Source: an uncultured Bacteroidota bacterium (GTDB lineage Bacteria; Bacteroidota; Ignavibacteria; UBA10030; UBA6906). From it: a DNA stretch of 64,000 nucleotides. The DNA is taken from NCBI GenBank assembly GCA_963700635.1, contig CAVOYH010000006.1, positions 32,001 to 96,000 of the forward strand, read 5' to 3'. Shown here piece by piece: positions 31,117 to 40,432 of the stretch. The notes below the pieces were generated by a model that worked only from the letters and a program-made list of their open reading frames with translations, searched no databases and was not told the origin of the DNA. Each line of letters begins with the position of its first letter. Positions within the stretch are counted from its first letter, which is position 1. The position numbers and the translations under genes were made by a program.

Positions 31117-32267
31117 CATCAAAACAACGATTTCTCGCCGCACTTAACCGCCAGGTGCCAGACAGGCTGCCCGTTACGACCCACCATGTTATGCCGTATT
31201 TCCTGGAGAAGTACATGGGCGGGGCCTCCAATGACGTCTTTTTTGACCGGTTTCATCTTGATCCCATCCAGTGGGTTGCCGAGTTCCAGCCCGATTCCGA
31301 AACCGGTGACTATCTCGATCCGGATCACAGACCTGGCTATCTGGAGCCCAGGCGGATTTCCTCCGACACCTGGCGTGTGGTTGCATCACCTGTGCCCGAT
31401 CCGCAATACGCAACCGTACAATATACATTCCACACTCCCAAGAAGAACCTCTCGATGGTGCTCCAGAGCAACGAGTACACATCCTGGGTGACCGACCGGC
31501 TGATCAAGGAACGGAATGACATTGATATCATCGCCGAATTCGCCACGCTGCCGGTGTGCGATGTCGCGTCCGTCAACCGTATCGCCGATACCTACGGTGA
31601 GCGCGGGCTTGTCCGGGGGACCATGCTGTGCTTCGACGTCTACGGCCAGCCCGGCTGCTGGCAGGACGCCGCAGTCCTGATCGGCATAGAAGAACTCATT
31701 TTGGCCACGTACGATGATCCCGAATGGGTTCACGCATTCCTTGATATTCTGATGAAACGAAAACTTCATTTTGTGGACTCGCTCCGGGGCGCGCGGATTG
31801 ACATCCTTGAACTGGGCGGTGGAGATGCCTCATCGACCGTCATCTCTCCAAAGATCTTCGACACGTTTGTCGCTCCGTACGACATACCTATTATCGATCA
31901 TGCACACGCAGCGGGTCAGAAGATTGTCTATCATACCTGCGGCGGGATGATGCCGTTTCTTGAGCGGCTCGCGGAGATGCATCCCGACGCGATGGAAACC
32001 TTTACCCCTCCCGGCATGGGGGGAGATATCAAGTTGAGCGAAGCAAAAAAGCGTATTGGCGATGCCGTATGTATGATCGGAGGGTTTGATCAGAAAGAGT
32101 ATTTTGCACACGGGACCCCGGAGCAGACCAGAGCCGCGGTGCGGAAGTGTTTTGAGGAAGCCGGTCAGGGCGGAGGATACATCCTCTGTCCGTCAGACCA
32201 CTTTTTTGATGCAGAGATCTCGCTGCTGGAAGCGTTCGGCGATGAAGCCGGGAAGTGCGTGTACTAG
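31113..32267 (+). CDS. uroporphyrinogen decarboxylase / MtaA-CmuA superfamily protein
   Basis: MTSKQRFLAAL...PDRLP, ISPKIFDTFVAPY, YHTCGG, EAKKRIG, GGGYIL. Confidence 0.8.
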   Translation: MTSKQRFLAALNRQVPDRLPVTTHHVMPYFLEKYMGGASNDVFFDRFHLDPIQWVAEFQPDSETGDYLDPDHRPGYLEPRRISSDTWRVVASPVPDPQYATVQYTFHTPKKNLSMVLQSNEYTSWVTDRLIKERNDIDIIAEFATLPVCDVASVNRIADTYGERGLVRGTMLCFDVYGQPGCWQDAAVLIGIEELILATYDDPEWVHAFLDILMKRKLHFVDSLRGARIDILELGGGDASSTVISPKIFDTFVAPYDIPIIDHAHAAGQKIVYHTCGGMMPFLERLAEMHPDAMETFTPPGMGGDIKLSEAKKRIGDAVCMIGGFDQKEYFAHGTPEQTRAAVRKCFEEAGQGGGYILCPSDHFFDAEISLLEAFGDEAGKCVY

Positions 32268-33250
32268 GCGCCGGCAGCACCCGCATTCAACCCCCGCACC
32301 CCGCGCCGGAACATCACCACGCCCGCTACAAGCGGTATCAGCCCGATGAGTACGCCGCCAACCAGCACATCAGTAGTGTGCTCGCCCTGGACCGCACCGA
32401 TCAGAAACGCGAGGGCAAGACCCAGGGTGACCATCCCCCCCACAGAGGCGGAAATTCCGCCCAGGACCACTTCCAAAAAAGGAAACACACGCTGGCGCAG
32501 CGTCGGAGATGTGCTGGTGCCCTCACGTACAAGGACTTCTTCTTCCACGCCTGCAGCAATGACCAACTGGTCTTTGTGGAGCCGCCGGACCAATCGCACC
32601 GTCCACCGCCAGCACACAATGAGAACAAGAATGGTCAGCAGCGCGAGCAGCGCAGCCACACCGGCCTCTTCTATTTCCCCCAGCGCCATAAGTGGAAAAT
32701 CATAGAGCGTATGGAGTAACACCGCAATCCCATACCCTTTCATAATCAGGCGGGTTTTGATGGAAGGGTTGAAGTGCGCCTGCCCCACATAATATCCCAT
32801 AATCGCTCCCAGGAACGCGTGGAGCGGAACGGCAGTGAAGGCGCGAGACACAGCAACGCTTAATCCGCCGTCAAAGACAAACAGGGCATTCTCCAGAGTC
32901 GCAAAACCGAGCGATGCCACGACACCATACACAATACCATCCATCGGTTCATCAAACGCTTTGTTCCGCAGATTGTACCCGACGAGAACGGAGAGTTTGA
33001 CGAATTCTTCCGGGAGCGCGGCGACGAACAGTGCGGAGAGAAAACTGGCCAGCAGCGGATTCCTGACATACCCGACAGCTTCCTGGAGGGGATACCCGAC
33101 GAGAAGTACCGGCGCTACGGTGAGCACGCCGAGAGCAAAGGTGGTCCAGAGGACCCTCGGCGGTTCCGGATACACATCACGTGCATGGAAATACCAGACC
33201 AGGAGAGCCGAAGGGATAATTGCGGACACGGCGAGAAGCGAAATGAGCAT
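32264..33250 (-). CDS. PrsW-family intramembrane metalloprotease
   Basis: D..PEP, PEEFVK, FDEPMDGIVYG, GFATLEN, PLHA, LHTLYD. Confidence 0.9.
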   Translation of the reverse strand: MLISLLAVSAIIPSALLVWYFHARDVYPEPPRVLWTTFALGVLTVAPVLLVGYPLQEAVGYVRNPLLASFLSALFVAALPEEFVKLSVLVGYNLRNKAFDEPMDGIVYGVVASLGFATLENALFVFDGGLSVAVSRAFTAVPLHAFLGAIMGYYVGQAHFNPSIKTRLIMKGYGIAVLLHTLYDFPLMALGEIEEAGVAALLALLTILVLIVCWRWTVRLVRRLHKDQLVIAAGVEEEVLVREGTSTSPTLRQRVFPFLEVVLGGISASVGGMVTLGLALAFLIGAVQGEHTTDVLVGGVLIGLIPLVAGVVMFRRGVRGLNAGAAGA

Positions 33251-33253
33251 GTG

Positions 33254-34303
33254 TTATGCCGATGATTCCCATGTCCGGAGCCCGAATCGGCTCAGGTAGA
33301 TGGGGATGTTCTGGAAGAGCGGATCCGTCTCCTGGATCTCCCGTATCATACTACGTTTTGCGACTGAAAGATCTCCGGCCAGAATGGTCACCGATCCTCC
33401 CAATCCGCCCGCACCATTCACTTTCCAGCCCAGTGCGCCGTACTCCCGGGCGATCTGTATCACCTTTAGTGCGTCGGCACTGACAAGATCGGGATGCAGC
33501 CGGACTTGCGCTTCAGTATTTTCGATCATGGCTTTCCCGAAATCACCAAACCTGCCTTCATAGAGGGCATCCCTGGACTTTTCTGCCGTTCCCCTGAGCG
33601 CCTCAAGACGGGGCGATTCCGGCCCCTCGTTCTCGAGATCATGGATCACTTTTTTGTGCAGCTCCGTCGAATCGTGAGAACGTCCGAGATAGATCAGTGT
33701 GAGCCGGCGCTCCAGTTCCCACCAGGTGTCGTTGGGCACCTGGATCTGCGACACCGTTGCCCACGGGAACTGCCGCATTTCAATAAAGTTGATCCCCCCG
33801 AACGCCGAGCACAACTGATCCTGGATGCCGCATTGCAGATGCAGCATATTCATTTCGACATGATGCGCGGCAAGCGCCACTTCATGAGGCGTTTTCCGAC
33901 CCCGTGTCAGCCGGTCAAGAGCCCCCAGTAATGCCACCGAAACCGCTGCAGAAGTCCCGGTCGATGCACCTACCGGCGCCTCGGAGTAGATCGTCACGTG
34001 CAGGGAAAGATTGGGTGGGATCTTCATGTAGTGGATTGCGGCCTCCAGAAGAGGGTGTTTGTTCCACACACCGTGCTCGGGAGCAACGGCATAACGGTCC
34101 CCGTAGTTTTCGGCCTCAATGATAACCCGTTCCTTCTCCCCTTCGGCCGGAAAAACCTGCACCTGCACCTCCGCGTACGGATAGACGCCGATATTAAAGA
34201 TCTTGCCGTGTCCGGCAAACCATGTGTCCGTCCACCCTCCGTTATCCACAATCCTGATGGGGGCAACACTGTTTATCACGCGCAGAGGGGTACGGGAATT
34301 CAT
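33254..34303 (-). CDS. GHMP-family sugar kinase (HddA/fucokinase-like)
   Basis: APIRI...GGWTD, PVGASTGTSAA, GIQDQ, GWKVNGAGGLGG; start placed at ATG 34303. Confidence 0.85.
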   Translation of the reverse strand: MNSRTPLRVINSVAPIRIVDNGGWTDTWFAGHGKIFNIGVYPYAEVQVQVFPAEGEKERVIIEAENYGDRYAVAPEHGVWNKHPLLEAAIHYMKIPPNLSLHVTIYSEAPVGASTGTSAAVSVALLGALDRLTRGRKTPHEVALAAHHVEMNMLHLQCGIQDQLCSAFGGINFIEMRQFPWATVSQIQVPNDTWWELERRLTLIYLGRSHDSTELHKKVIHDLENEGPESPRLEALRGTAEKSRDALYEGRFGDFGKAMIENTEAQVRLHPDLVSADALKVIQIAREYGALGWKVNGAGGLGGSVTILAGDLSVAKRSMIREIQETDPLFQNIPIYLSRFGLRTWESSA

Positions 34304-34331
34304 AGGGCTCTCGACAGTGGGGAATGGATAT

Positions 34332-34390
34332 AATGTAGAGAGAGCTTTCCCAAAGTTCAAGTTGAGTTTCCTTGCAGAATTCCTTATGTT
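34332..34390. promoter_or_regulatory. back-to-back divergent sigma70-type promoters (GHMP kinase / FucI-like operon)
   Basis: Minus: TTGAAC (34360-34355), N17, TACATT (34337-34332). Plus: TTGAGT (34362-34367), N17, TATGTT (34385-34390). Confidence 0.65.
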
Positions 34391-34498
34391 CCTCTCGTAA
34401 TTTCCTATCCTCCGCAGTTCACCCACAAAACATCCGGAGACTTCCCGGGATCTGACCCGCCGGCACGTACGATCGGAATACCGGGAGAAGAACAACCC

Positions 34499-36100
34499 AT
34501 GAAAACAATCTACCTCGTTGCGAGCGGCGACCTCCGCCTGTCCGCAAATCAGAATTGCGAAGCCGCCCAGGCCGACATGGAAAAGCAGATCGTCGCCGCA
34601 GTAGAGCAGCTTGGAGGGACTGTCAGGCGTGCCCATTCATACGACCCCGCCAAACGGCACGGGTTCATCGACAGCCAGAAATACGGAATGGAAGTCTTTC
34701 GCTCCATTCCGCCTAAAGCTCCTCTTATTGTTGCTGAAGCCGTCTGGCAATACTCCCATCATGTCCTGCCCGGACTGTTCACCCACCGGGGCCCGATCCT
34801 GACGCTTGCCAACTGGAGCGGCACCTGGCCCGGACTTGTCGGTATGCTTAACCTCAACGGCTCACTGACGAAAGCCGGAGTCGAGTACAGCACACTCTGG
34901 AGCGAGGAGTTCAAGGACCCATTTTTTGTGAGGGAACTGGCGCGATGGATGAAAAAAGGCAGGGTGAAACACGACACATCGCATGTACTTCCCTACAAAG
35001 AGGCACGGGTTCCAAAACAAGCGGAGAAGGTGGGCAAAACTTTCGCAAAGGAATTTCGACGGCAGAAAGCCATCATGGGCATCTTCGATGAAGGGTGTAT
35101 GGGGATGTACAATGCTATTATCCCCGACGAACTGCTCCACACGACGGGCATCTTCAAGGAACGACTGAGCCAATCCACGCTCTACGCCAGAATGCTCACA
35201 GTCTCCGAAGGGGAAGCGCGCGAAGTGTTTGAGTGGATCAAGGCCAGAGGAATGCGGTTTGAGTTTGGCACGAATGAGACCACGGACCTGACGGAATCAC
35301 AGGTCCTGCAACAGTGCAAGATGTATATCGCGGCGCTCCGCCTGGCCGACGAGTTCGGTTGCGCGGCAATCGGAATTCAGTATCAACAGGGGCTGAAAGA
35401 CCTTACGCCGGCATCTGATCTCGTCGAGGGTCTCCTGAACAACGTCGAACGGCCGCCCGTCCGAAGCGAAACAACCGGAGAGGTGCTGTATGCCGGCCAG
35501 GCCTTGCCTCATTTTAACGAAGTGGATGAATGTGCGGGACTTGATGGCCTTGTCACCTACACCCTCTGGCGGCAACTCGGGTACGCGCCGGAAAACACCC
35601 TTCACGATGTGCGTTGGGGGCGGCACTACAAGGGAAACGGTCTTAATGCCTTTGTTTGGGTATTGGAGATTTCCGGCGCCGTGCCGCCGGCACACCTGGT
35701 GGACGGATATGCTGGAGCGGTCGGGGAACGCCAACCGCCTATGTATTTCCGGCTGGGCGGTGCGTCCGTCAAAGGTGTAAGCAAGCCCGGGCATATTGTC
35801 TGGAGCAGGGTGTTCGTGGCCGAAGGGCGTCTTCAATGCGATCTGGGCCTCGGAGAAGTTGTCACCCTCCCCCCTGAAGAGACACGTGACCGGTGGAACC
35901 AGACGACATCACAGTGGCCCATTATGCATGCGGTGCTCAAGGGTGTGACGCGTGATCAGATGATGGCGCGACACAAGGCGAATCATATTCAGGTGGTGTA
36001 CGCCCCGGATGCCGCCGGCGCCCGGAAGGCGATGTTCGCCAAAGCGGCTGCCATGCGCGAACTCGGACTTAAAGTGTACTTCTGTGGCGTCGGCAAGTAA
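34499..36100 (+). CDS. L-fucose/D-arabinose isomerase (FucI/AraA superfamily)-like protein
   Basis: WPGLVG, GCMGM, FNEVD, LHDVRWG, WPIMH, ANH: Glu/Asp/His metal-ligand pattern of FucI-type isomerases. Confidence 0.75.
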   Translation: MKTIYLVASGDLRLSANQNCEAAQADMEKQIVAAVEQLGGTVRRAHSYDPAKRHGFIDSQKYGMEVFRSIPPKAPLIVAEAVWQYSHHVLPGLFTHRGPILTLANWSGTWPGLVGMLNLNGSLTKAGVEYSTLWSEEFKDPFFVRELARWMKKGRVKHDTSHVLPYKEARVPKQAEKVGKTFAKEFRRQKAIMGIFDEGCMGMYNAIIPDELLHTTGIFKERLSQSTLYARMLTVSEGEAREVFEWIKARGMRFEFGTNETTDLTESQVLQQCKMYIAALRLADEFGCAAIGIQYQQGLKDLTPASDLVEGLLNNVERPPVRSETTGEVLYAGQALPHFNEVDECAGLDGLVTYTLWRQLGYAPENTLHDVRWGRHYKGNGLNAFVWVLEISGAVPPAHLVDGYAGAVGERQPPMYFRLGGASVKGVSKPGHIVWSRVFVAEGRLQCDLGLGEVVTLPPEETRDRWNQTTSQWPIMHAVLKGVTRDQMMARHKANHIQVVYAPDAAGARKAMFAKAAAMRELGLKVYFCGVGK

Positions 36101-37064
36101 ACATCCGGTTATCCGCGCTCTTTTCTCGCTCGCACTCGTGCTGGCGGTGGGAGCCGTCTTTCATGCTGACGGGGCATTCTTTCAATGGGATACCCACCGA
36201 GACATGCTCCGCCAGGTATCCGTGATCGGAATCCTTGCCTGCGGAATGACCATGGTCATCATCACCGGTGGCATCGACCTTTCCGTGGGCAGCATCCTGG
36301 GCGTCTGTGCAGTGGTCTTTTCACTCTTCTCGATCCACCTGGGATTGCCGGACGTGTTCGCTATCGGCGGAACACTTCTGCTCGGGCTTGCGTGCGGCGT
36401 CCTTTCCGGTTCTGTGATCGCACGGTTCCGCGTCCAACCTTTCATCGCCACCCTGGCCATGATGGTCTTCGCACGGGGATTGGCAAAGCTGATCTCGGGC
36501 GGACAAAAAATCTCCACCGCGCTCCAGCTGCCTGACGGCTCGTACCAGTACGTGGATATTCCGCCGATCTACGACTTTATAGGGACGCGCATCGCCGGGG
36601 AAAATATCGCCGTTGTGACTATCGTGATGCTCCTTTCCATGGCATTCTGCGGTGTTCTCCTCTCCCGCACTCCCTGGGGACGCCAGCTTTTTGCCGTGGG
36701 CGGTAACGAAGAGGCTGCCCGGTATTCGGGGATCCCTGTGGGTGCGACAAAGATTCTTGCCTATGGACTGTGCGGCTTATTCTGCGCCGTTGCCGGGATC
36801 TGTCAGGCCGCACAGGAACTCCAGGGTGACCCCGAAGCCGGATCAACCTACGAGCTGAGCGCGATCGCCATGGTCGTGATAGGCGGGACCACACTGCAGG
36901 GTGGTCGCGGATCTATCTGGCTGACTCTCCTTGGCGTCCTTATCGTCGGCAATCTCGAGAAGATTCTGAGCATCAATGCCGTCGGCGAAGAAACACGGCT
37001 GATGCTCACCGGCGTGATCATTCTCGGAGCGGTACTCCTTCAGAAGGGAGAGTCAACAGGTTAA
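36084..37064 (+). CDS. sugar ABC transporter permease
   Basis: GGIDLSVGS, PFIATLA, AVGGNEEAARYSG, YELSAIAMVVIGG; probable GTG start overlaps the end of the upstream gene. Confidence 0.9.
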   Translation: MASASKHPVIRALFSLALVLAVGAVFHADGAFFQWDTHRDMLRQVSVIGILACGMTMVIITGGIDLSVGSILGVCAVVFSLFSIHLGLPDVFAIGGTLLLGLACGVLSGSVIARFRVQPFIATLAMMVFARGLAKLISGGQKISTALQLPDGSYQYVDIPPIYDFIGTRIAGENIAVVTIVMLLSMAFCGVLLSRTPWGRQLFAVGGNEEAARYSGIPVGATKILAYGLCGLFCAVAGICQAAQELQGDPEAGSTYELSAIAMVVIGGTTLQGGRGSIWLTLLGVLIVGNLEKILSINAVGEETRLMLTGVIILGAVLLQKGESTG

Positions 37065-37136
37065 CACGCCGGGGCGAGGGGCGATGATTCAGGGATGCAC
37101 CACACAATCCGGACCGATCATCACATGGAGATGCGC

Positions 37137-38078
37137 ATGAGAATCACGATTCGCAACATTGTCCCCCGACTCCTCCTCCCCATCTTCCTGTTGGTCACCA
37201 GCGGTACAGTGACCGCCCAGACGCCGCGCTGGACTGTTGGGATGAGCCAGTGTAACCTGGGCGAGCCATGGCGTGTCCAGATGAACGCCGACATTAAGAA
37301 TGCGGCGGAAGCGCACCCTGAACTGAGTGTGATCTTTAAGGACGCGCAGAACGATAACCTCCGGCAGGTTTCACACGTCGAAGAATTTGTCCGCGCCGGC
37401 GTAGACCTCATTATCATCTCCCCTAAAGAGGCCGCACCGCTTACAAAACCGGTCAGCGCTGCGTTCAAAAAAGGGATCCCTGTGATTGTGCTGGACCGCA
37501 AGGTCCTTGGCGATAACTTTACCTGTTTTATCGGAGCCGATAACCGGCGCATCGGCAAAGCTGCGGGGAAATGGATCACCACACTTCTTGGTGGGAAAGG
37601 CAAGGTTGTTGAACTCAAGGGGTTGATGACATCGACTCCGGGCCAGGATAGAAACGTGGGATTCCGCGACGGGATCAAAGGGTCCGCCATTGAGGTGATC
37701 TTCGAGGCCGACATGAAGTGGCTGGAACCGAATGCACGCAAAGAGATGGAATCCGCACTTGCGCGGTTCCCGGCGATCGATCTTGTGTATGCCCACAATG
37801 ACCCGGGTGCACATGGTGCCTATCTTGCCGCAAGGGCGGGGGGACGTGAAAAGAACATTGTTTTTGTCGGCATTGATGCCCTCCCCCATGAAGGACAAAT
37901 GTACGTGAAGCAGGGGGTGCTTGCGGCATCGTTCGAATACCCAACCGGAGGAAAGGAAGCGGTCCAGACGGCGCTCAGCATCCTTGCCGGAAAAAAAGTC
38001 CCGCGGGAGATCACGCTGTCATCCCGCGTCTTTACACGCGAAAACATACACAAGGGCGGGGAATGGCTTTCACACTAA
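37137..38078 (+). CDS. sugar ABC transporter periplasmic binding protein
   Basis: Signal peptide; SQCNLGEPWR, PVIVLDR, GADN, YAHND, VGIDA. Confidence 0.9.
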   Translation: MRITIRNIVPRLLLPIFLLVTSGTVTAQTPRWTVGMSQCNLGEPWRVQMNADIKNAAEAHPELSVIFKDAQNDNLRQVSHVEEFVRAGVDLIIISPKEAAPLTKPVSAAFKKGIPVIVLDRKVLGDNFTCFIGADNRRIGKAAGKWITTLLGGKGKVVELKGLMTSTPGQDRNVGFRDGIKGSAIEVIFEADMKWLEPNARKEMESALARFPAIDLVYAHNDPGAHGAYLAARAGGREKNIVFVGIDALPHEGQMYVKQGVLAASFEYPTGGKEAVQTALSILAGKKVPREITLSSRVFTRENIHKGGEWLSH

Positions 38079-38089
38079 GGGAGATCACC

Positions 38090-39232
38090 ATGTCTCAATT
38101 CGTCGCTGTACTCGTGATGCTTGTTCTTCTAGGAGATAGTATGAACGCACAACAACCCTTCAACGGCCTGGGGATGAACATGGGGAACCTCTCCCGGCTT
38201 TCCCGGGCACAGTCCCGTTCAATCAGCGCCGAGAATTTTACCGGCGAAAAGGGGAAAGGCGGTATGGCCGTCGAGGGCACCGGAGCGCAGGCCGCACGCG
38301 ATCTGGGCAAGGGATGGAAGATTTCACCTGCGGTCAGAATCAAGGCAAAACAGACCTTCACGGTCGCCGACATCAAGGGGGAAGGCGCAATCCAGCAGAT
38401 TTGGATGACACCCACGGGCCACTGGCGTTATGCTATCCTGAGGATCTACTGGGATGACGAAAAAACTCCCTCTGTCGAAGCTCCCGTTGGCGATTTTTTT
38501 GCATGCGGCTGGGGCCAGTATGCCCAGATTTCCTCGCTCGCCGTCTGCGTGAACCCGGGAAGCGCATTTAATTGTTACTGGGAAATGCCGTTCAGAAAGA
38601 GCGCACGGATCACCCTGGAGAATATCGCGGATGATGATATGACGCTCTTTTATCAGGTGAATTATACGCTCACCGAAGTCCCCGAAGATGCGGCATATTT
38701 CCATGCCCAGTTCCGCCGCACGAATCCACTTCCCTACAAGACCGACTTCACCATCCTTGACGGCGTGAAAGGGTGGGGGCACTACGTCGGAACGTACATG
38801 GCGTGGGGCGTAAACAGCGTTGGGTGGTGGGGCGAAGGTGAAATCAAGTTCTTTATGGATGGGGATACGGACTATCCGACAATCTGTGGAACGGGCACTG
38901 AAGATTATTTTTGCGGTTCCTATAATTTCGAAAATCAGAAAACCAAGCAGTACCAGGAATTTACAACCCCCTATGCAGGGCTCCCGCAAGTTATCCGGCC
39001 GGACGGAGTGTACCAGTCACAACAGCGCTTCGGCCTGTACCGCTGGCACGTGATGGACCCTATCCGGTTTGAGAAAGATCTCAGAGTGACGATGCAGGCG
39101 CTGGGGTGGCGGTCCGGCGGCCGGTATCTCCCCCTTCAGGATGATATCGCTTCCGTGGCTTTCTGGTACCAGAAGGAACCACACAGCCCATTTCCGAAGC
39201 TACCGGACAGAGATTACCTGGAAGTAAAGTAA
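38090..39232 (+). CDS. GH172 (DUF2961) glycoside hydrolase, secreted
   Basis: SRSISAENFTGEKG, LRIYWDDE, PVGDFF, NCYWEMPF, WWGEGE, GTGTEDYF, YRWHVMDPI. Confidence 0.9.
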   Translation: MSQFVAVLVMLVLLGDSMNAQQPFNGLGMNMGNLSRLSRAQSRSISAENFTGEKGKGGMAVEGTGAQAARDLGKGWKISPAVRIKAKQTFTVADIKGEGAIQQIWMTPTGHWRYAILRIYWDDEKTPSVEAPVGDFFACGWGQYAQISSLAVCVNPGSAFNCYWEMPFRKSARITLENIADDDMTLFYQVNYTLTEVPEDAAYFHAQFRRTNPLPYKTDFTILDGVKGWGHYVGTYMAWGVNSVGWWGEGEIKFFMDGDTDYPTICGTGTEDYFCGSYNFENQKTKQYQEFTTPYAGLPQVIRPDGVYQSQQRFGLYRWHVMDPIRFEKDLRVTMQALGWRSGGRYLPLQDDIASVAFWYQKEPHSPFPKLPDRDYLEVK

Positions 39233-39256
39233 GGTGGTCGGGGGAACCTTACCACA

Positions 39257-40426
39257 TCAAGGATGATGGTCCGCAGGCGTGGGGTCTAACCCGAAGCCAA
39301 GCGCAGCCAGCATGGTACACAAAGAATGCCGGGACGCGCCGCACCGTATCCTTGTCGCCGCAAATTCGCGGCGCACCGGATACTGCGCACGGAGACGTCG
39401 GAACTCCGCAGCTCTCTCCGCCGTGTTCATTGCTGTTGTTGTTCGCAAACGGGCATCATCTGCTTCTATGTCGTAACACCCTGTGAGAATCCCGCGTACG
39501 GTGTCCTCGCCTTCTCCCTGGTTCCGGATGGTGATTTCCCGGCAGAGGGGTTGAGGCAACGCAGCCGGCACCGGCCATGCGAGCCCCAGATGCCAGAGAG
39601 TGTTCAGTGCTTCAAACATCATTCGTGCGGCATTAACCTTCCCGTCAAATGAGTACCCCGCAATATGTGGCGTCGCAAGGAGCGCCTGCGTGAGGAGGCC
39701 GGAGTCGATGCGGGGCTCATCCTCCCAGACATCCAGGACTGCCGCCCGGAGATGTCCGGTCACAAGGGCGCGCCGCACCACCTCTGTCTCACACACTGCT
39801 CCGCGGGACGTGTTCACCAGAATACAACCGGGTTTAATGCGGGTGAGCAGGTCAGCATCCAGGAGGTGATGGGTCTTGTCAATACCATCCCGCGTGAGTG
39901 GTACGTGCAGAGTTAGAATATCTGCATCCAGCAGTTCATCAAGCGGACGATACAGTGGATCGCCGGTCTTCCGTGCGAGAGGCGGATCATTCAGAAGGAC
40001 ATGCATACCCAGGGCCTCACATACACGTGCGACGCGGCTGCCGACATTCCCGGCCCCCACCACGCCGACACGTAAGCCGCGCAGCGTGATCCCGAGCCGG
40101 CCACCCGCCACAAGCAGCGCAGTCGCCAGATACTCTGCCACGGAGTTGGCGTTGCTGCCGGGTGCGCTGACGAACCTGATGCCGCTTTTCGCCAGATAGG
40201 CGGTGTCCACATGGTCGGTTCCGATCGTCGCCGTACCCACAAACCGGATACGCGTGCCATCCAGCAACCCGGCGTCCACACGGGTTTCCGAACGCACCAC
40301 GACAGCATCGGCATCCATGAGAGACGAGCGGGTGATTTCTGCTGTTGGCAGAACCCGTACGTCACACCGTGCGCCCAGTGCCTGGGCGAGCAACGGGTTC
40401 TTTGAGTCAATGACGACGACCACCAT
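39257..40426 (-). CDS. pdxB: 4-phosphoerythronate dehydrogenase
   Basis: VRSETRVD, GTATIGTDH, APGSNANSVAEY, GAGNVG, NTSRG, TPHIAGYS, YPVRREF. Confidence 0.9.
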   Translation of the reverse strand: MVVVVIDSKNPLLAQALGARCDVRVLPTAEITRSSLMDADAVVVRSETRVDAGLLDGTRIRFVGTATIGTDHVDTAYLAKSGIRFVSAPGSNANSVAEYLATALLVAGGRLGITLRGLRVGVVGAGNVGSRVARVCEALGMHVLLNDPPLARKTGDPLYRPLDELLDADILTLHVPLTRDGIDKTHHLLDADLLTRIKPGCILVNTSRGAVCETEVVRRALVTGHLRAAVLDVWEDEPRIDSGLLTQALLATPHIAGYSFDGKVNAARMMFEALNTLWHLGLAWPVPAALPQPLCREITIRNQGEGEDTVRGILTGCYDIEADDARLRTTTAMNTAERAAEFRRLRAQYPVRREFAATRIRCGASRHSLCTMLAALGFGLDPTPADHHP

Positions 40427-40432
40427 ATTCCG

